This document shows, one piece after another, positions 48,251-56,762 of a DNA stretch of 64,000 bases. The stretch is from assembly GCA_040389905.1 (NCBI GenBank), contig JAZJZK010000030.1, positions 1 through 64,000 on the forward strand. Direction: 5' to 3'. The stretch comes from Gemmatimonadota bacterium. Its GTDB lineage: Bacteria; Gemmatimonadota; Gemmatimonadetes; Gemmatimonadales; Gemmatimonadaceae. How positions within the stretch are numbered: the stretch's first letter is position 1; each line of letters opens with the position of its first letter. Both the position numbers and the translations under genes were made by a program. Under the pieces are notes generated by a model, which was not told the DNA's origin, made no database searches, and was given only the letters and a program-made list of their open reading frames with translations.

Positions 48251-48400
48251 ATCAATGTTTCGGACTAGCTCAAGGCCAATCCTACGTAAGCCGTTGAAAG
48301 TTATAAGCTTACGGTGACCCTGAAAAGCCGAAAATGACTAGACAATTGATCACCTCCTTCGTTTCGGGGTTGTACTTGAGGGCGAACGGAATCTCATACT
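48251..48400 (-). ncRNA. Putative chimeric structured RNA at the right att (host 5' half plus element-supplied 3' half) containing AAGGAGGTGATC
   Basis: Perfect 12-nt SD at 48348-48359, followed by nested stems ATCAA/TTGAT, TTTCGG/CCGAAA, TCAGGGTCA/TGGCCTTGA, CGTAAGC/GCTTACG. The 5' end is not determined. Confidence 0.5.
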
Positions 48401-48478
48401 CAAATTGAAACGTAGAGTTCCTTGGCGCAAGCGTCAGCGGAGAATTTCCGAGCGCGCCCAAGAGCTCAACTGGAGCAC

Positions 48479-49231
48479 ATGCCGAACAAATCGATCTCCG
48501 CGTTGAAAGCCGACGCCAGAAGCTATTGGACGCTCAGCCGCTCTCATCGCTACAGTCTGCTGTTTGCGTTGCCGCTGCTGCTCCTCTACGAGTTCCTCGA
48601 AGCCGTTGCACCCGTGCGAGAGCGCGGCGGCGTGGTGCGGAATGGCGCGGATGTCGTGCTCACGGGCTTGTCCACCTGGCTGATCGGCCCGCGCGGACCC
48701 CTGGTCTTCATGGGGATCGTGATCGGCGTATCGCTCTGGCTCATTTATCGAGATCGCGGCGCGGGCCGCGTTCGCGTCAGCATGTTCGGTGCGATGTTTG
48801 GCGAATCGGTCGTGCTCGCGCTTGTCTTCGGGCTGGTCGTCGGCATGGTGACCGTCCAGGTCCTTGGTCCCTTGCGCGCGTTGGCGGCTGGCGGCGCGGT
48901 GCCCGGATCCTCTATCGCGCGACTCACGCTGTCGCTCGGCGCGGGGCTGTATGAGGAGCTGCTGTTTCGCGTCGTCATCGTGGCGCTGCTGGCTAATGCG
49001 TTCCGCTTGCTCGGCGCCGGGCGCCTCTCGGCCGGCATCGTGGCCACAGTCATCGGCGCGTTGCTCTTCTCGGCGTTTCACTATATCGGCGCACTGGGCG
49101 ATCCGTTTACGCTCGAGTCGTTTGTGTTCCGCGCTATTGCCGGGCTGGCGTTTAGCGCACTGTATCTCACGCGTGGTTTCGGCATTACCGCGTGGACGCA
49201 CGCGCTCTATGACGTGGCGGTACTGATGTAG
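48479..49231 (+). CDS. CPBP (CAAX/Abi) intramembrane metalloprotease
   Basis: GLYEELLFR, LFSAFHY, AWTHALYD; GGAG SD before ATG 48479. Confidence 0.9.
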   Translation: MPNKSISALKADARSYWTLSRSHRYSLLFALPLLLLYEFLEAVAPVRERGGVVRNGADVVLTGLSTWLIGPRGPLVFMGIVIGVSLWLIYRDRGAGRVRVSMFGAMFGESVVLALVFGLVVGMVTVQVLGPLRALAAGGAVPGSSIARLTLSLGAGLYEELLFRVVIVALLANAFRLLGAGRLSAGIVATVIGALLFSAFHYIGALGDPFTLESFVFRAIAGLAFSALYLTRGFGITAWTHALYDVAVLM

Positions 49232-49239
49232 GTCCCTTC

Positions 49240-49451
49240 AACAGACGTACGAGGTACCCTGAACCTGGTACCCGGATTGGCATCCAACCCAGAGGAGCCA
49301 TCGACACGTTCGATGGCATCCTACGCTCCGCAGGGGCCAGCTTGGGCCGCGTGTGAGGCAAGACGTTCGTAGTGCGACACAGCCATCTATGGCTCCTCTC
49401 GGCAAGCGGGCCAGTCCGGATACCAACGTCCTGGTACCTCGTACGTCAGTT
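49240..49451. repeat. ~212-bp long palindromic repeat / MITE-like element, copy 2
   Basis: AACAGACGTACGAGGTACC...GGTACCTCGTACGTCAGTT; homologous to 38219-38424; sits between convergent genes. Confidence 0.8.
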
Positions 49452-49471
49452 GTATGGTTTCGGCGAGGGTT

Positions 49472-50338
49472 CTAGAGCTTCCCTCTCAGCATTGAAGAGA
49501 ACAGCTCGACGGCTCGCGGATCCGAACTCTGTCCCAGTTGGTACAGCGCCGCGACGCGAGCATCGCGATGCGGATTCGACTTCGCAATGTCGAGCAGCGT
49601 CGGCACCGAATCTTCGTACTTGTCGCGCTGCCGCACCAATCCGTTGACTGCTTCACGCCGAATCGCGCGCGTGGCCTCGTCGGTGTTCGCCTCAGGCGGC
49701 AGCGTGTTCGCCGCGGCGCGCGCCAATAGATCGCTCGCGCGCCGGCGATATTTGAGCAGCTTCGTCGAGTCCTTGGCGATGGACTCCAACACCTGCCAAC
49801 GTGGTGTCGAGTCGAGCAGGATCAGCGGCATGAAGGCCTGAGACGATGTGCGTCCGTCCCCCGCACGCGCGAGCGCCTGGAAGTATGCGCCCGCTTCTGC
49901 CGCCGAGACAGTGCCAAGGTCCTGGACGGTATCGCCGAGCGTTGGCAGCGGTCCGACTGCGATCTTGATCCAGCTCGCCGTGCCGTCGACCATCCGCACG
50001 ATGGCGCGCAGAGGACCCTTCTCACACGGCGCGATGCGCGTATCCCATGGCTCGGTCGTCAGCAGCATCACACCGTCGTAGGACGTGTAGCTGTACGAAT
50101 CAGAGCTGTAGGAGATGTTGCTGAAGCTGTTGATGCCCTCGAAGAATCGCGTATTCGGCCCGCCCAGCCCGTCGCTGTACGACGTCTTGCCATCGCCGCA
50201 GACCTCGGGACGCGTGCGCGCCGAGAAGGCCACGGTACGGGTTCCTGCCGCGCGCAGGCGTTCGGCCAGTGGCCGCTGCGCCTGCGCGATACTTGGAGCG
50301 ATGAGGAGCGCGAGTGCGAACCCTGTTGCCGGCCGCAT
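49472..50338 (-). CDS. Secreted HEAT-repeat protein
   Basis: Signal peptide; C-terminal DARVAALYQLGQSSDPRAV. Confidence 0.8.
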   Translation of the reverse strand: MRPATGFALALLIAPSIAQAQRPLAERLRAAGTRTVAFSARTRPEVCGDGKTSYSDGLGGPNTRFFEGINSFSNISYSSDSYSYTSYDGVMLLTTEPWDTRIAPCEKGPLRAIVRMVDGTASWIKIAVGPLPTLGDTVQDLGTVSAAEAGAYFQALARAGDGRTSSQAFMPLILLDSTPRWQVLESIAKDSTKLLKYRRRASDLLARAAANTLPPEANTDEATRAIRREAVNGLVRQRDKYEDSVPTLLDIAKSNPHRDARVAALYQLGQSSDPRAVELFSSMLRGKL

Positions 50339-50346
50339 GATCGACC

Positions 50347-52020
50347 TCACGGGTTGAGGATGTCGAGGAGGATCTGTTTGACTCTCGGGTCTTTGCGCTG
50401 GCCCAGCCACAGGATCGCCTTCTTCCGCAACTCCGTGTTCTTCTCATTCTTGGCAATCTGAATGAGTTTGTCGGTCGCTTCGGTTTCGCGGCGTTCCTTG
50501 TAGACGTAGAGCATCTGGTCCTGCATCTCCACATCGCCACTGAAGTCGTCGTACAGGCTGAGAAGGTCCTTGAGCTCGCTGCCCTGACCGGCTTGGTAGA
50601 GCGCCTGCTTTCGGACAGCGATCTCCTGATTCTTGTCGCGCGCGATACCCAGTAGCCAGGTACTCCGATCCGGCGTCTTGAGATTCGCGAAGCTTCGGAT
50701 GACCGCTTCACGCAATTCGGGACTTGCCGTCTTGTTGAACAGTCCGCGCAGGTAGTCGGCTTCGTCACCACTGCGGCGGCCATTGGCGATGGAATAGATC
50801 GCGCGAGCGCGCAGGTCGGTGGGCACATTGGTCTGCTCGGCGAAGCGACGGAGTGACGCACGCGCCGACGGACTACCGTGCTGCGACAACGCGTTCAGCG
50901 CACGGTCACGCATGTCGGCGTCGCCGGTGGAGAAGAGAATCGAGTCGAGCGCCCGCGCTGCGCGTTCCGTCTTTACAGACGACAGCCACTGGATGGACTC
51001 GCGACGCACTTCGGCATTCGGATCGGTGCTGGCGACGCGCAGCAGGATGTCCGCGCGCTCTTCCTCCTTCGTTTGCGCGACCATGTAGACGGCGCGCTTG
51101 CGCAATCGCACGGAGCATTCGTCGGTGCGCGCCAGCAGTTTCTGGAGCACGGGAATGACCTGATCCGGATCCATCTGGACGATGCCGTTCAGCGCGGTGA
51201 GGCGCATGTCGTCATCATCGGTTGGGCAGCGATTCTCGTTTCGGAGCGTCGTGGCCCCCCTGGCAATTTCCGAGGCAGCGTCGCTGTCCCCGCGCCGCGC
51301 CTGCTCTGAAATGATGCTCGCGCGGAGCTGCTTGGCATCGTTCAGCGTATTTGCCTTCGGGTAGCGCGTCGTCTGCCGGTCGAGGGCAAGCACAGCGGCC
51401 CTCAGCTCACTGGGGCTGCCGCTCTTGAAGAGCGCATATGCGCGATAGTAGAGCGCGTCCGGTGCGAACTCGGAGTCCGGATACCGCTCGGACACCGTGG
51501 CAAAGATGGTCGCGGCCTTCTTGTAGTCGCCGTCCGTCAGGGCAGAGCGACCGAGGCGATAGAGCGAGTCCGCCGCGTCGACCGGGCGTGCGCTGCGTGG
51601 AGCGGGAAGCACCGGCGCAGGAACGTTGTAGCTCGCAGGGTTGGCGTAGCCGCGCGGTTCGTAGTCGAAGAAACCCGCGCGGTCACCGGCATCGAAGCCG
51701 GCGATCATCGCATTGTTCGCGATCGAGGTCGTCAGCCCGCTCAGCAGGTGTTGGCCGCCGGCCATTGCAAGATCGGCGTTCAGGTTGTTGAGCAGGTGCT
51801 GGCCACCCGCCAGCGCCAGGTCGGCGTTGATCGTGGTGAGCAGGTGCTGGCCGGCGTTCATCGCCATATCGGCCGACATCAGCGTGTGCGCCGTCGTCGC
51901 GGTCGTGACGTTGGTAACGATGTCCGCCACCTTGGGCGTGACAATGGTGACGGTCTGCTGCGCACCGGCGACAGCGCCGGACACCAGCAGAATCGATGAA
52001 ACGAAAGTGAGTGTGCGCAT
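50347..52020 (-). CDS. Secreted TPR plus HEAT-repeat protein
   Basis: Signal peptide; YfiO/BamD-like TPR (YPDSEFAPDALYY); multiple HEAT repeats. Confidence 0.85.
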   Translation of the reverse strand: MRTLTFVSSILLVSGAVAGAQQTVTIVTPKVADIVTNVTTATTAHTLMSADMAMNAGQHLLTTINADLALAGGQHLLNNLNADLAMAGGQHLLSGLTTSIANNAMIAGFDAGDRAGFFDYEPRGYANPASYNVPAPVLPAPRSARPVDAADSLYRLGRSALTDGDYKKAATIFATVSERYPDSEFAPDALYYRAYALFKSGSPSELRAAVLALDRQTTRYPKANTLNDAKQLRASIISEQARRGDSDAASEIARGATTLRNENRCPTDDDDMRLTALNGIVQMDPDQVIPVLQKLLARTDECSVRLRKRAVYMVAQTKEEERADILLRVASTDPNAEVRRESIQWLSSVKTERAARALDSILFSTGDADMRDRALNALSQHGSPSARASLRRFAEQTNVPTDLRARAIYSIANGRRSGDEADYLRGLFNKTASPELREAVIRSFANLKTPDRSTWLLGIARDKNQEIAVRKQALYQAGQGSELKDLLSLYDDFSGDVEMQDQMLYVYKERRETEATDKLIQIAKNEKNTELRKKAILWLGQRKDPRVKQILLDILNP

Positions 52021-52029
52021 GGTCGTTGT

Positions 52030-52836
52030 TTACTCGGTGCCGGCCGACGCGGAGACGCCGGCAGGAATGGTGGAACGAAGCTTCGGAAGCACGTTGCGCT
52101 TTTCGAGCGACTGGTTGATTGCGTCGAGATCGGTGCGGCGGCCGTCGGCCGCGTACTGTGAGAGTTGCATGAGGATGAGCTCGAGGTCCTCGAGCAGCCG
52201 CGTAATTGCTGGGTCGTCTCCGCGCCGAGTGGCGAGCAACAGACGCGTGGTGCCGAGCAACTCACGCGAGAGGGAGGCGAACTGTGCGTCGACCCGAGCA
52301 TCGCCTCCGGAGCGCGCCTGCGCGCGGAAACCAGTGAGGAGCACTTCGGTGCGCGTCAGATGCTCGACGACCGCGAGACGGTACGCGGTCTGGTCGGCAC
52401 TCCGGTCGCTGGCCGACTGCGACGCCGCCGAGCCACCCTTTGGCGCGCGTTGCGCGAGTTCTCGGCGCACGTTCGTTGGTGGGCGCGACGCCGGACCAGG
52501 GCCATAAGAAGCAGCAGACGGTCCGTTCGAGGCGGCGGGCACATTCGAATCGGTTCCGGTGGCAGGTGCTACCGGATTTGCCGTTGCGACGGTGCTCGAT
52601 GTGGCCGGCTGTTCTTTCGACGCCCGCCCGATTGCGATGCCGACGACGAGCACCGCGGCGATCCCGGCGGCCGCCGAGATCCAGCGCTGGCCCTGGCGTG
52701 CGGCTGCGATGGGGGCTGCGGCGGCCTCGGCGCGTGCGCGGCTGATCGCCTCCCACATCGCTTCGCGCGGCACCACCGGCGGCACGTTGTAGGTGCGCTT
52801 CGCGTCATTGATCAGATCATCGAATTCGTCGTTCAT
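52030..52836 (-). CDS. Putative membrane anti-sigma factor
   Basis: Overlaps the ECF gene; PREAMWEAI followed by one TM. Confidence 0.7.
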   Translation of the reverse strand: MNDEFDDLINDAKRTYNVPPVVPREAMWEAISRARAEAAAAPIAAARQGQRWISAAAGIAAVLVVGIAIGRASKEQPATSSTVATANPVAPATGTDSNVPAASNGPSAASYGPGPASRPPTNVRRELAQRAPKGGSAASQSASDRSADQTAYRLAVVEHLTRTEVLLTGFRAQARSGGDARVDAQFASLSRELLGTTRLLLATRRGDDPAITRLLEDLELILMQLSQYAADGRRTDLDAINQSLEKRNVLPKLRSTIPAGVSASAGTE

Positions 52837-53378
52837 GCGGTCGAATCTCCTGCAAAGAGTGCGAGCGCGGCGCGCAGCTTGGCGCGGGCGTCGAACAACC
52901 GGGCCTTCGAGGTCCCCACCGGAATGCCGAGCGTGCCGGCGATTTCTTCGTGCGTGTATCCCTCGACGTCGTGCATTACGAACACCGGCTTGAGCTTGAC
53001 GGACAAAGCATCGATGGAGGCGTGCAGCCGTTCGCGCAGATCGTGTGGCGCGGTGCGGACACCGGTCGCCGGCAGCTCACCGGCGTCATCGATCGACGTC
53101 GAGCGTGCACGGAGTCGCGTGACCGACCGCATCCCGTTGAGCGAGACGCTCGTCGCGATGGTGTGCAGCCAGGTGGCGAGTGACGCGTCGCCGCGATACT
53201 GCGAAAGCCGGCCGAATGCACGAATGAACGTCTCCTGAGTGAAGTCCTGCGCCAGATCCGCATCCCCAGCAAGCCGGTAGGCCAACCGGTACACGCGCTC
53301 CACGTGCGCGTCGTACAACGCACGCTCCGCTTTGTCGTCGCCGGCGAGACATCGAGCTACGAGCTGCTTATCGGTCAC
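52833..53378 (-). CDS. ECF sigma-70 factor
   Basis: LAQDFTQETFIRAF, TWLHTIA, GYTHEEIAGTLGIPVGTSKARL. Confidence 0.93.
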   Translation of the reverse strand: MTDKQLVARCLAGDDKAERALYDAHVERVYRLAYRLAGDADLAQDFTQETFIRAFGRLSQYRGDASLATWLHTIATSVSLNGMRSVTRLRARSTSIDDAGELPATGVRTAPHDLRERLHASIDALSVKLKPVFVMHDVEGYTHEEIAGTLGIPVGTSKARLFDARAKLRAALALFAGDSTA

Positions 53379-53595
53379 GTTGCCGTCAGGTGGCGTTCAG
53401 GCATTGTGCTTCGTAGACACAGATGGTGTGGGAAGGGTTGGGTTGTCGCGGCGCTCACTCGGGGTGACAACCTTACAATCACGTTTCAACACGACCACGA
53501 ACGAGCAAACGCTACTGGCCGCCATCCGCAATTGGAGAACCGCCCGCTACCTTTCATGGTTCTGCACTCTCTCTCGCACCAGTTCAGCACTCGAA

Positions 53596-55038
53596 ATGCC
53601 TTTCGCCCGTCTCAAGATTCATCCCGATCTCCTCCGCGGCACCAGGGAGCTTGGATTCACACGAGCCACGCCAATTCAGGAGCAGGCCATTCCCCCCGCC
53701 ATGGAGGGACGTGACGTCCTGGCCTGTGCCATGACGGGAAGCGGGAAGACAGCCGCATTTCTGCTGCCCATCCTGCACCGGCTCATGGGGAAGCCGCGCG
53801 GAACGACGCGCGCCCTGGTTTTGACGCCCACGCGTGAGCTCGCGGCACAGATCGAGGAACACCTCAGACAGCTGGCCGTTCACACGCCGCTGTCGGGTGC
53901 CGCCGTTTTCGGCGGCGTGGGTATGGGCCCGCAGGAGCACGCGTTTCGCACCGGAGTTGACGTTCTCATCGCGACGCCGGGTCGGCTCCTCGATCACTTC
54001 AAGCAGCCGTACGCCAAGCTCTCCGGCCTCGAGGTTCTCGTGCTCGACGAGGCCGACCGCATGCTGGACATGGGCTTCCTGCCGGACATCAAGCGCGTCC
54101 TCAAGCATCTGCCCGCGAAACGCCAGACGCTCTTCTTTTCGGCGACGATGCCCGGTCCGATCATGGGACTCACGAAGGAACTGCTGCACAATCCGGCGCT
54201 GATCAACCTCGAGCGGAAGTCGGCGCCAGCGGTCGGAATCCGGCAAGCCGTGTACGCGGTGCGCGAGGAGCTGAAGCCGGCCCTGTTCGTCGAATTGATG
54301 CGCCGAGGCGACATCGGTAGCGTCATCGTGTTCACGCGGACGAAGCATCGCGCGAACCGGCTCGCGGATTACCTCGCCAGCGAAGGCATTCCGAACGCCA
54401 AGATTCACGGCAATCGCTCGCAGGCGCAGCGGACCGAGGCGCTCGACGGGTTCAAGACAGGCCGCTACCGCTGCCTCGTCGCCACGGACATCGTGGCGCG
54501 CGGCATCGACGTCGAGCAACTCGAGCACGTCGTGAACTTCGATGTCCCGCATCTTCCGGAGGACTACATCCACCGGGTTGGTCGCACGGCACGTGCGGAC
54601 GCGACTGGCGATGCCTTTACCTTCGTATCGCCCGACGAGGAGACGGATCTCGCCGCGATCGAGCGGGCCATCTCGAAACGGCTACCGCGCGTCGTCGTTT
54701 CTGGTTTCGACTATGCGAGCAAGCCCAAACAGCGATTCGAGGTGCCCATTGCCGAGCGGATCGCCGAAATCCGGGCGCGCAAGGCGGAAGAGCGGAAGCG
54801 CGCGAAGGAAAAGGCGGAACGTCGGGCGGCCCACGGTGGCGGCGGTGCCGCAGCGCCAAAATCGCCGGCTGCAAGACCCGCGGCATCGCCCTCCCGAGCG
54901 CCGCATGGACCCAGAGCGCAGACCGCGGCTCCAAGCACGGCGAATGCCGACCCGCGTCGACGCCAGGGCAGCGGCCGGCGGCGAGGTGGAAGCCGCCCCG
55001 GGGGTCCCTCGTCCGGAGGTGGAAGCCCAAGCAGGTAG
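53596..55038 (+). CDS. rhlE: DEAD-box RNA helicase (RhlE-like)
   Basis: TPIQ, TGSGKT, PTRELA, DEAD, SAT, ARGID, HRVGRTAR; basic C-terminal tail. Confidence 0.9.
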   Translation: MPFARLKIHPDLLRGTRELGFTRATPIQEQAIPPAMEGRDVLACAMTGSGKTAAFLLPILHRLMGKPRGTTRALVLTPTRELAAQIEEHLRQLAVHTPLSGAAVFGGVGMGPQEHAFRTGVDVLIATPGRLLDHFKQPYAKLSGLEVLVLDEADRMLDMGFLPDIKRVLKHLPAKRQTLFFSATMPGPIMGLTKELLHNPALINLERKSAPAVGIRQAVYAVREELKPALFVELMRRGDIGSVIVFTRTKHRANRLADYLASEGIPNAKIHGNRSQAQRTEALDGFKTGRYRCLVATDIVARGIDVEQLEHVVNFDVPHLPEDYIHRVGRTARADATGDAFTFVSPDEETDLAAIERAISKRLPRVVVSGFDYASKPKQRFEVPIAERIAEIRARKAEERKRAKEKAERRAAHGGGGAAAPKSPAARPAASPSRAPHGPRAQTAAPSTANADPRRRQGSGRRRGGSRPGGPSSGGGSPSR

Positions 55039-55140
55039 TGATCTGCTCTGTTTTCGCGCTGTGCCCGATCCGATACTGTACGTCGCAGCCGAGAACACAG
55101 GAAGGGCAACCCGAAGCGTCGTATCGCCTTTTACTTCGGA

Positions 55141-56301
55141 ATGACTATGGACGTGGTAAACCGCCTCACCGGCCAACGAGTGCTTGTGGTGGACGACTCG
55201 CGAGCCATTCGCGCGTTTCTGCTCGAGTTGCTCGAGCCACATGTCAAGACGGTCAGCATCGCGGCCGACGGCGCTGAGGCGAAAACCGCCTTCGGCAGCG
55301 GCGGAGCGTTTGACCTGTTGCTGCTCGACCTCGTCCTTCCGGACATCGACGGCATGGAACTCCTTCGCGAGCTCCGGCGACGGGATACGGATTGCGCGAT
55401 CGTGATGATTACCGGGGCCGGCGGGGTGAGTTCCGCCACGGCCGCGGTGCTGGACGGCGCTGACGGCTACATCGAAAAGCAGCACCTCACGACGGCAGGT
55501 GAGAACGCGCAATTCTTCTACGCGCTTGCGCAGGCGGTCGAGCATCGCGCTGGCATGGTCGCGGCCAGGCGCCTCGAAGCCATGAAGGCCGATTTCTACT
55601 CGATGATTACGCATGATCTCCGGAACCCCGCCGGCAACGTGCTCGTCTCGTTGAAGATGTTGCTCTCCGGCAAAGCGGGTCCTCTGGAGGGCAAGCAGGC
55701 GAGTCTCGTGCAGCTGGCATACCGGTCGGCTGAGAAATTCGTGAACCTGATCAACGACTACCTCGACTATGCGAAGATCGACGCCGGCTATTTGCGACTC
55801 GATCCAGCGGATGCGGACCTCGGTGAAGTCGTGCGCGATTCAGTCGAGCAGGCTCGCACCCAGGCGGACCTGAAGCGCCAGGCCATTACGCTCGACTGTC
55901 CGCCGTCGATCCCCGCGTTCGTGGATGCCACCAAGCTGGAGCAGGTGCTCGACAACCTCATATCGAACGCCATCAAGTACACACCGGAAGACGGGTCGAT
56001 CGCGGTCAACGTGGCGATCGCGGACGAAATGGCGATCATCTCCGTATCGGACACCGGCAGCGGCATAGCGCCGGAGAACCTTGGCAACCTCTTCTCGAAG
56101 TATCATCGCGTGCCGGGCCAGCAGGTTGCGCAGATACGCGGTACCGGGCTGGGACTGCTGATCATCAAGGAGATCGTCGAAGCCCACGGCGGCAACGTGC
56201 GCGCAGAGTCGGATGGCATTGCGGGCCATGGCAGCACCTTCACCGTCGAGCTGCCGCTGCGCGCGAATGCCACAGTTCCCTCCGAGTCATCCGCCGCGTA
56301 G
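55141..56301 (+). CDS. Hybrid response regulator-histidine kinase (REC-HisKA-HATPase)
   Basis: VLVVDD, LLDLVLPDIDG, THDLRNP, NLISNAIKY, DTGSGI, GTGLGL. Confidence 0.93.
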   Translation: MTMDVVNRLTGQRVLVVDDSRAIRAFLLELLEPHVKTVSIAADGAEAKTAFGSGGAFDLLLLDLVLPDIDGMELLRELRRRDTDCAIVMITGAGGVSSATAAVLDGADGYIEKQHLTTAGENAQFFYALAQAVEHRAGMVAARRLEAMKADFYSMITHDLRNPAGNVLVSLKMLLSGKAGPLEGKQASLVQLAYRSAEKFVNLINDYLDYAKIDAGYLRLDPADADLGEVVRDSVEQARTQADLKRQAITLDCPPSIPAFVDATKLEQVLDNLISNAIKYTPEDGSIAVNVAIADEMAIISVSDTGSGIAPENLGNLFSKYHRVPGQQVAQIRGTGLGLLIIKEIVEAHGGNVRAESDGIAGHGSTFTVELPLRANATVPSESSAA

Positions 56302-56306
56302 GCGCG

Positions 56307-56762
56307 ATGGAGGCACTCCTGTTCACAGTCGATGAGCGCCGCTGCGCGATTCCGCTTGCACGGGTCGCGGAAGTGGTGCCCGCCGTGAACGTCCAGGCGG
56401 TGCCAGACTCGCCGGACATCCTGGAAGGCGTCGTCAACGTGCGAGGTGAGATCCTGCCGGTCCTGTCGCTGCGGTCCCGGCTGGGATTTGCCCCGCGCGC
56501 CGTCGCATCGACCGAATATCTGATCATCGTCCACGCGGCTTCGCGGCGCGTCCTCTTCCGAAGCGATACTGCACCGGAGATCGCGGCGCTGCCGGAGCCA
56601 GACGCCATCGATCCAGCGTTCGAGGGCATGGATCGCGCGCTCGCGGGCGTCATCCCGCTGCCAGACGGCCTCGCGCTGCTGCAGGACGTCGACGCGTTCA
56701 TGGCCACAGTTGGTAGTGCAGCGCTCGCGGCCGCCGACGCGGAACATGCGGCGCACGCATGA
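56307..56762 (+). CDS. cheW: CheW-like adaptor
   Basis: AIPLARVAEVV, GVVNVRGEILPVL. Confidence 0.85.
   Translation: MEALLFTVDERRCAIPLARVAEVVPAVNVQAVPDSPDILEGVVNVRGEILPVLSLRSRLGFAPRAVASTEYLIIVHAASRRVLFRSDTAPEIAALPEPDAIDPAFEGMDRALAGVIPLPDGLALLQDVDAFMATVGSAALAAADAEHAAHA

Larger units (their letters stand above)
42123..48350. mobile_element. 6.2-kb integrative element (integrase, excisionase, PolA-like polymerase, cargo)
   Basis: Exact 16-bp direct repeat TGACTAGACAATTGAT at 42123-42138 and 48335-48350; integrase next to the left repeat; visibly lower GC than the flanks; IHF-like TAA-N4-TTG sites near both ends. Confidence 0.9.

Noticed and set aside
47953..48297. 114-aa plus-strand ORF inside the element
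   Set aside because: No motifs; it overlaps the terminator and att hairpins, so it is more likely non-coding leader.
48348..48359. GATCACCTCCTT read as the 3' end of a 16S rRNA gene
   Set aside because: No other rRNA sequence adjoins it; it is better read as a minus-strand SD-like motif.
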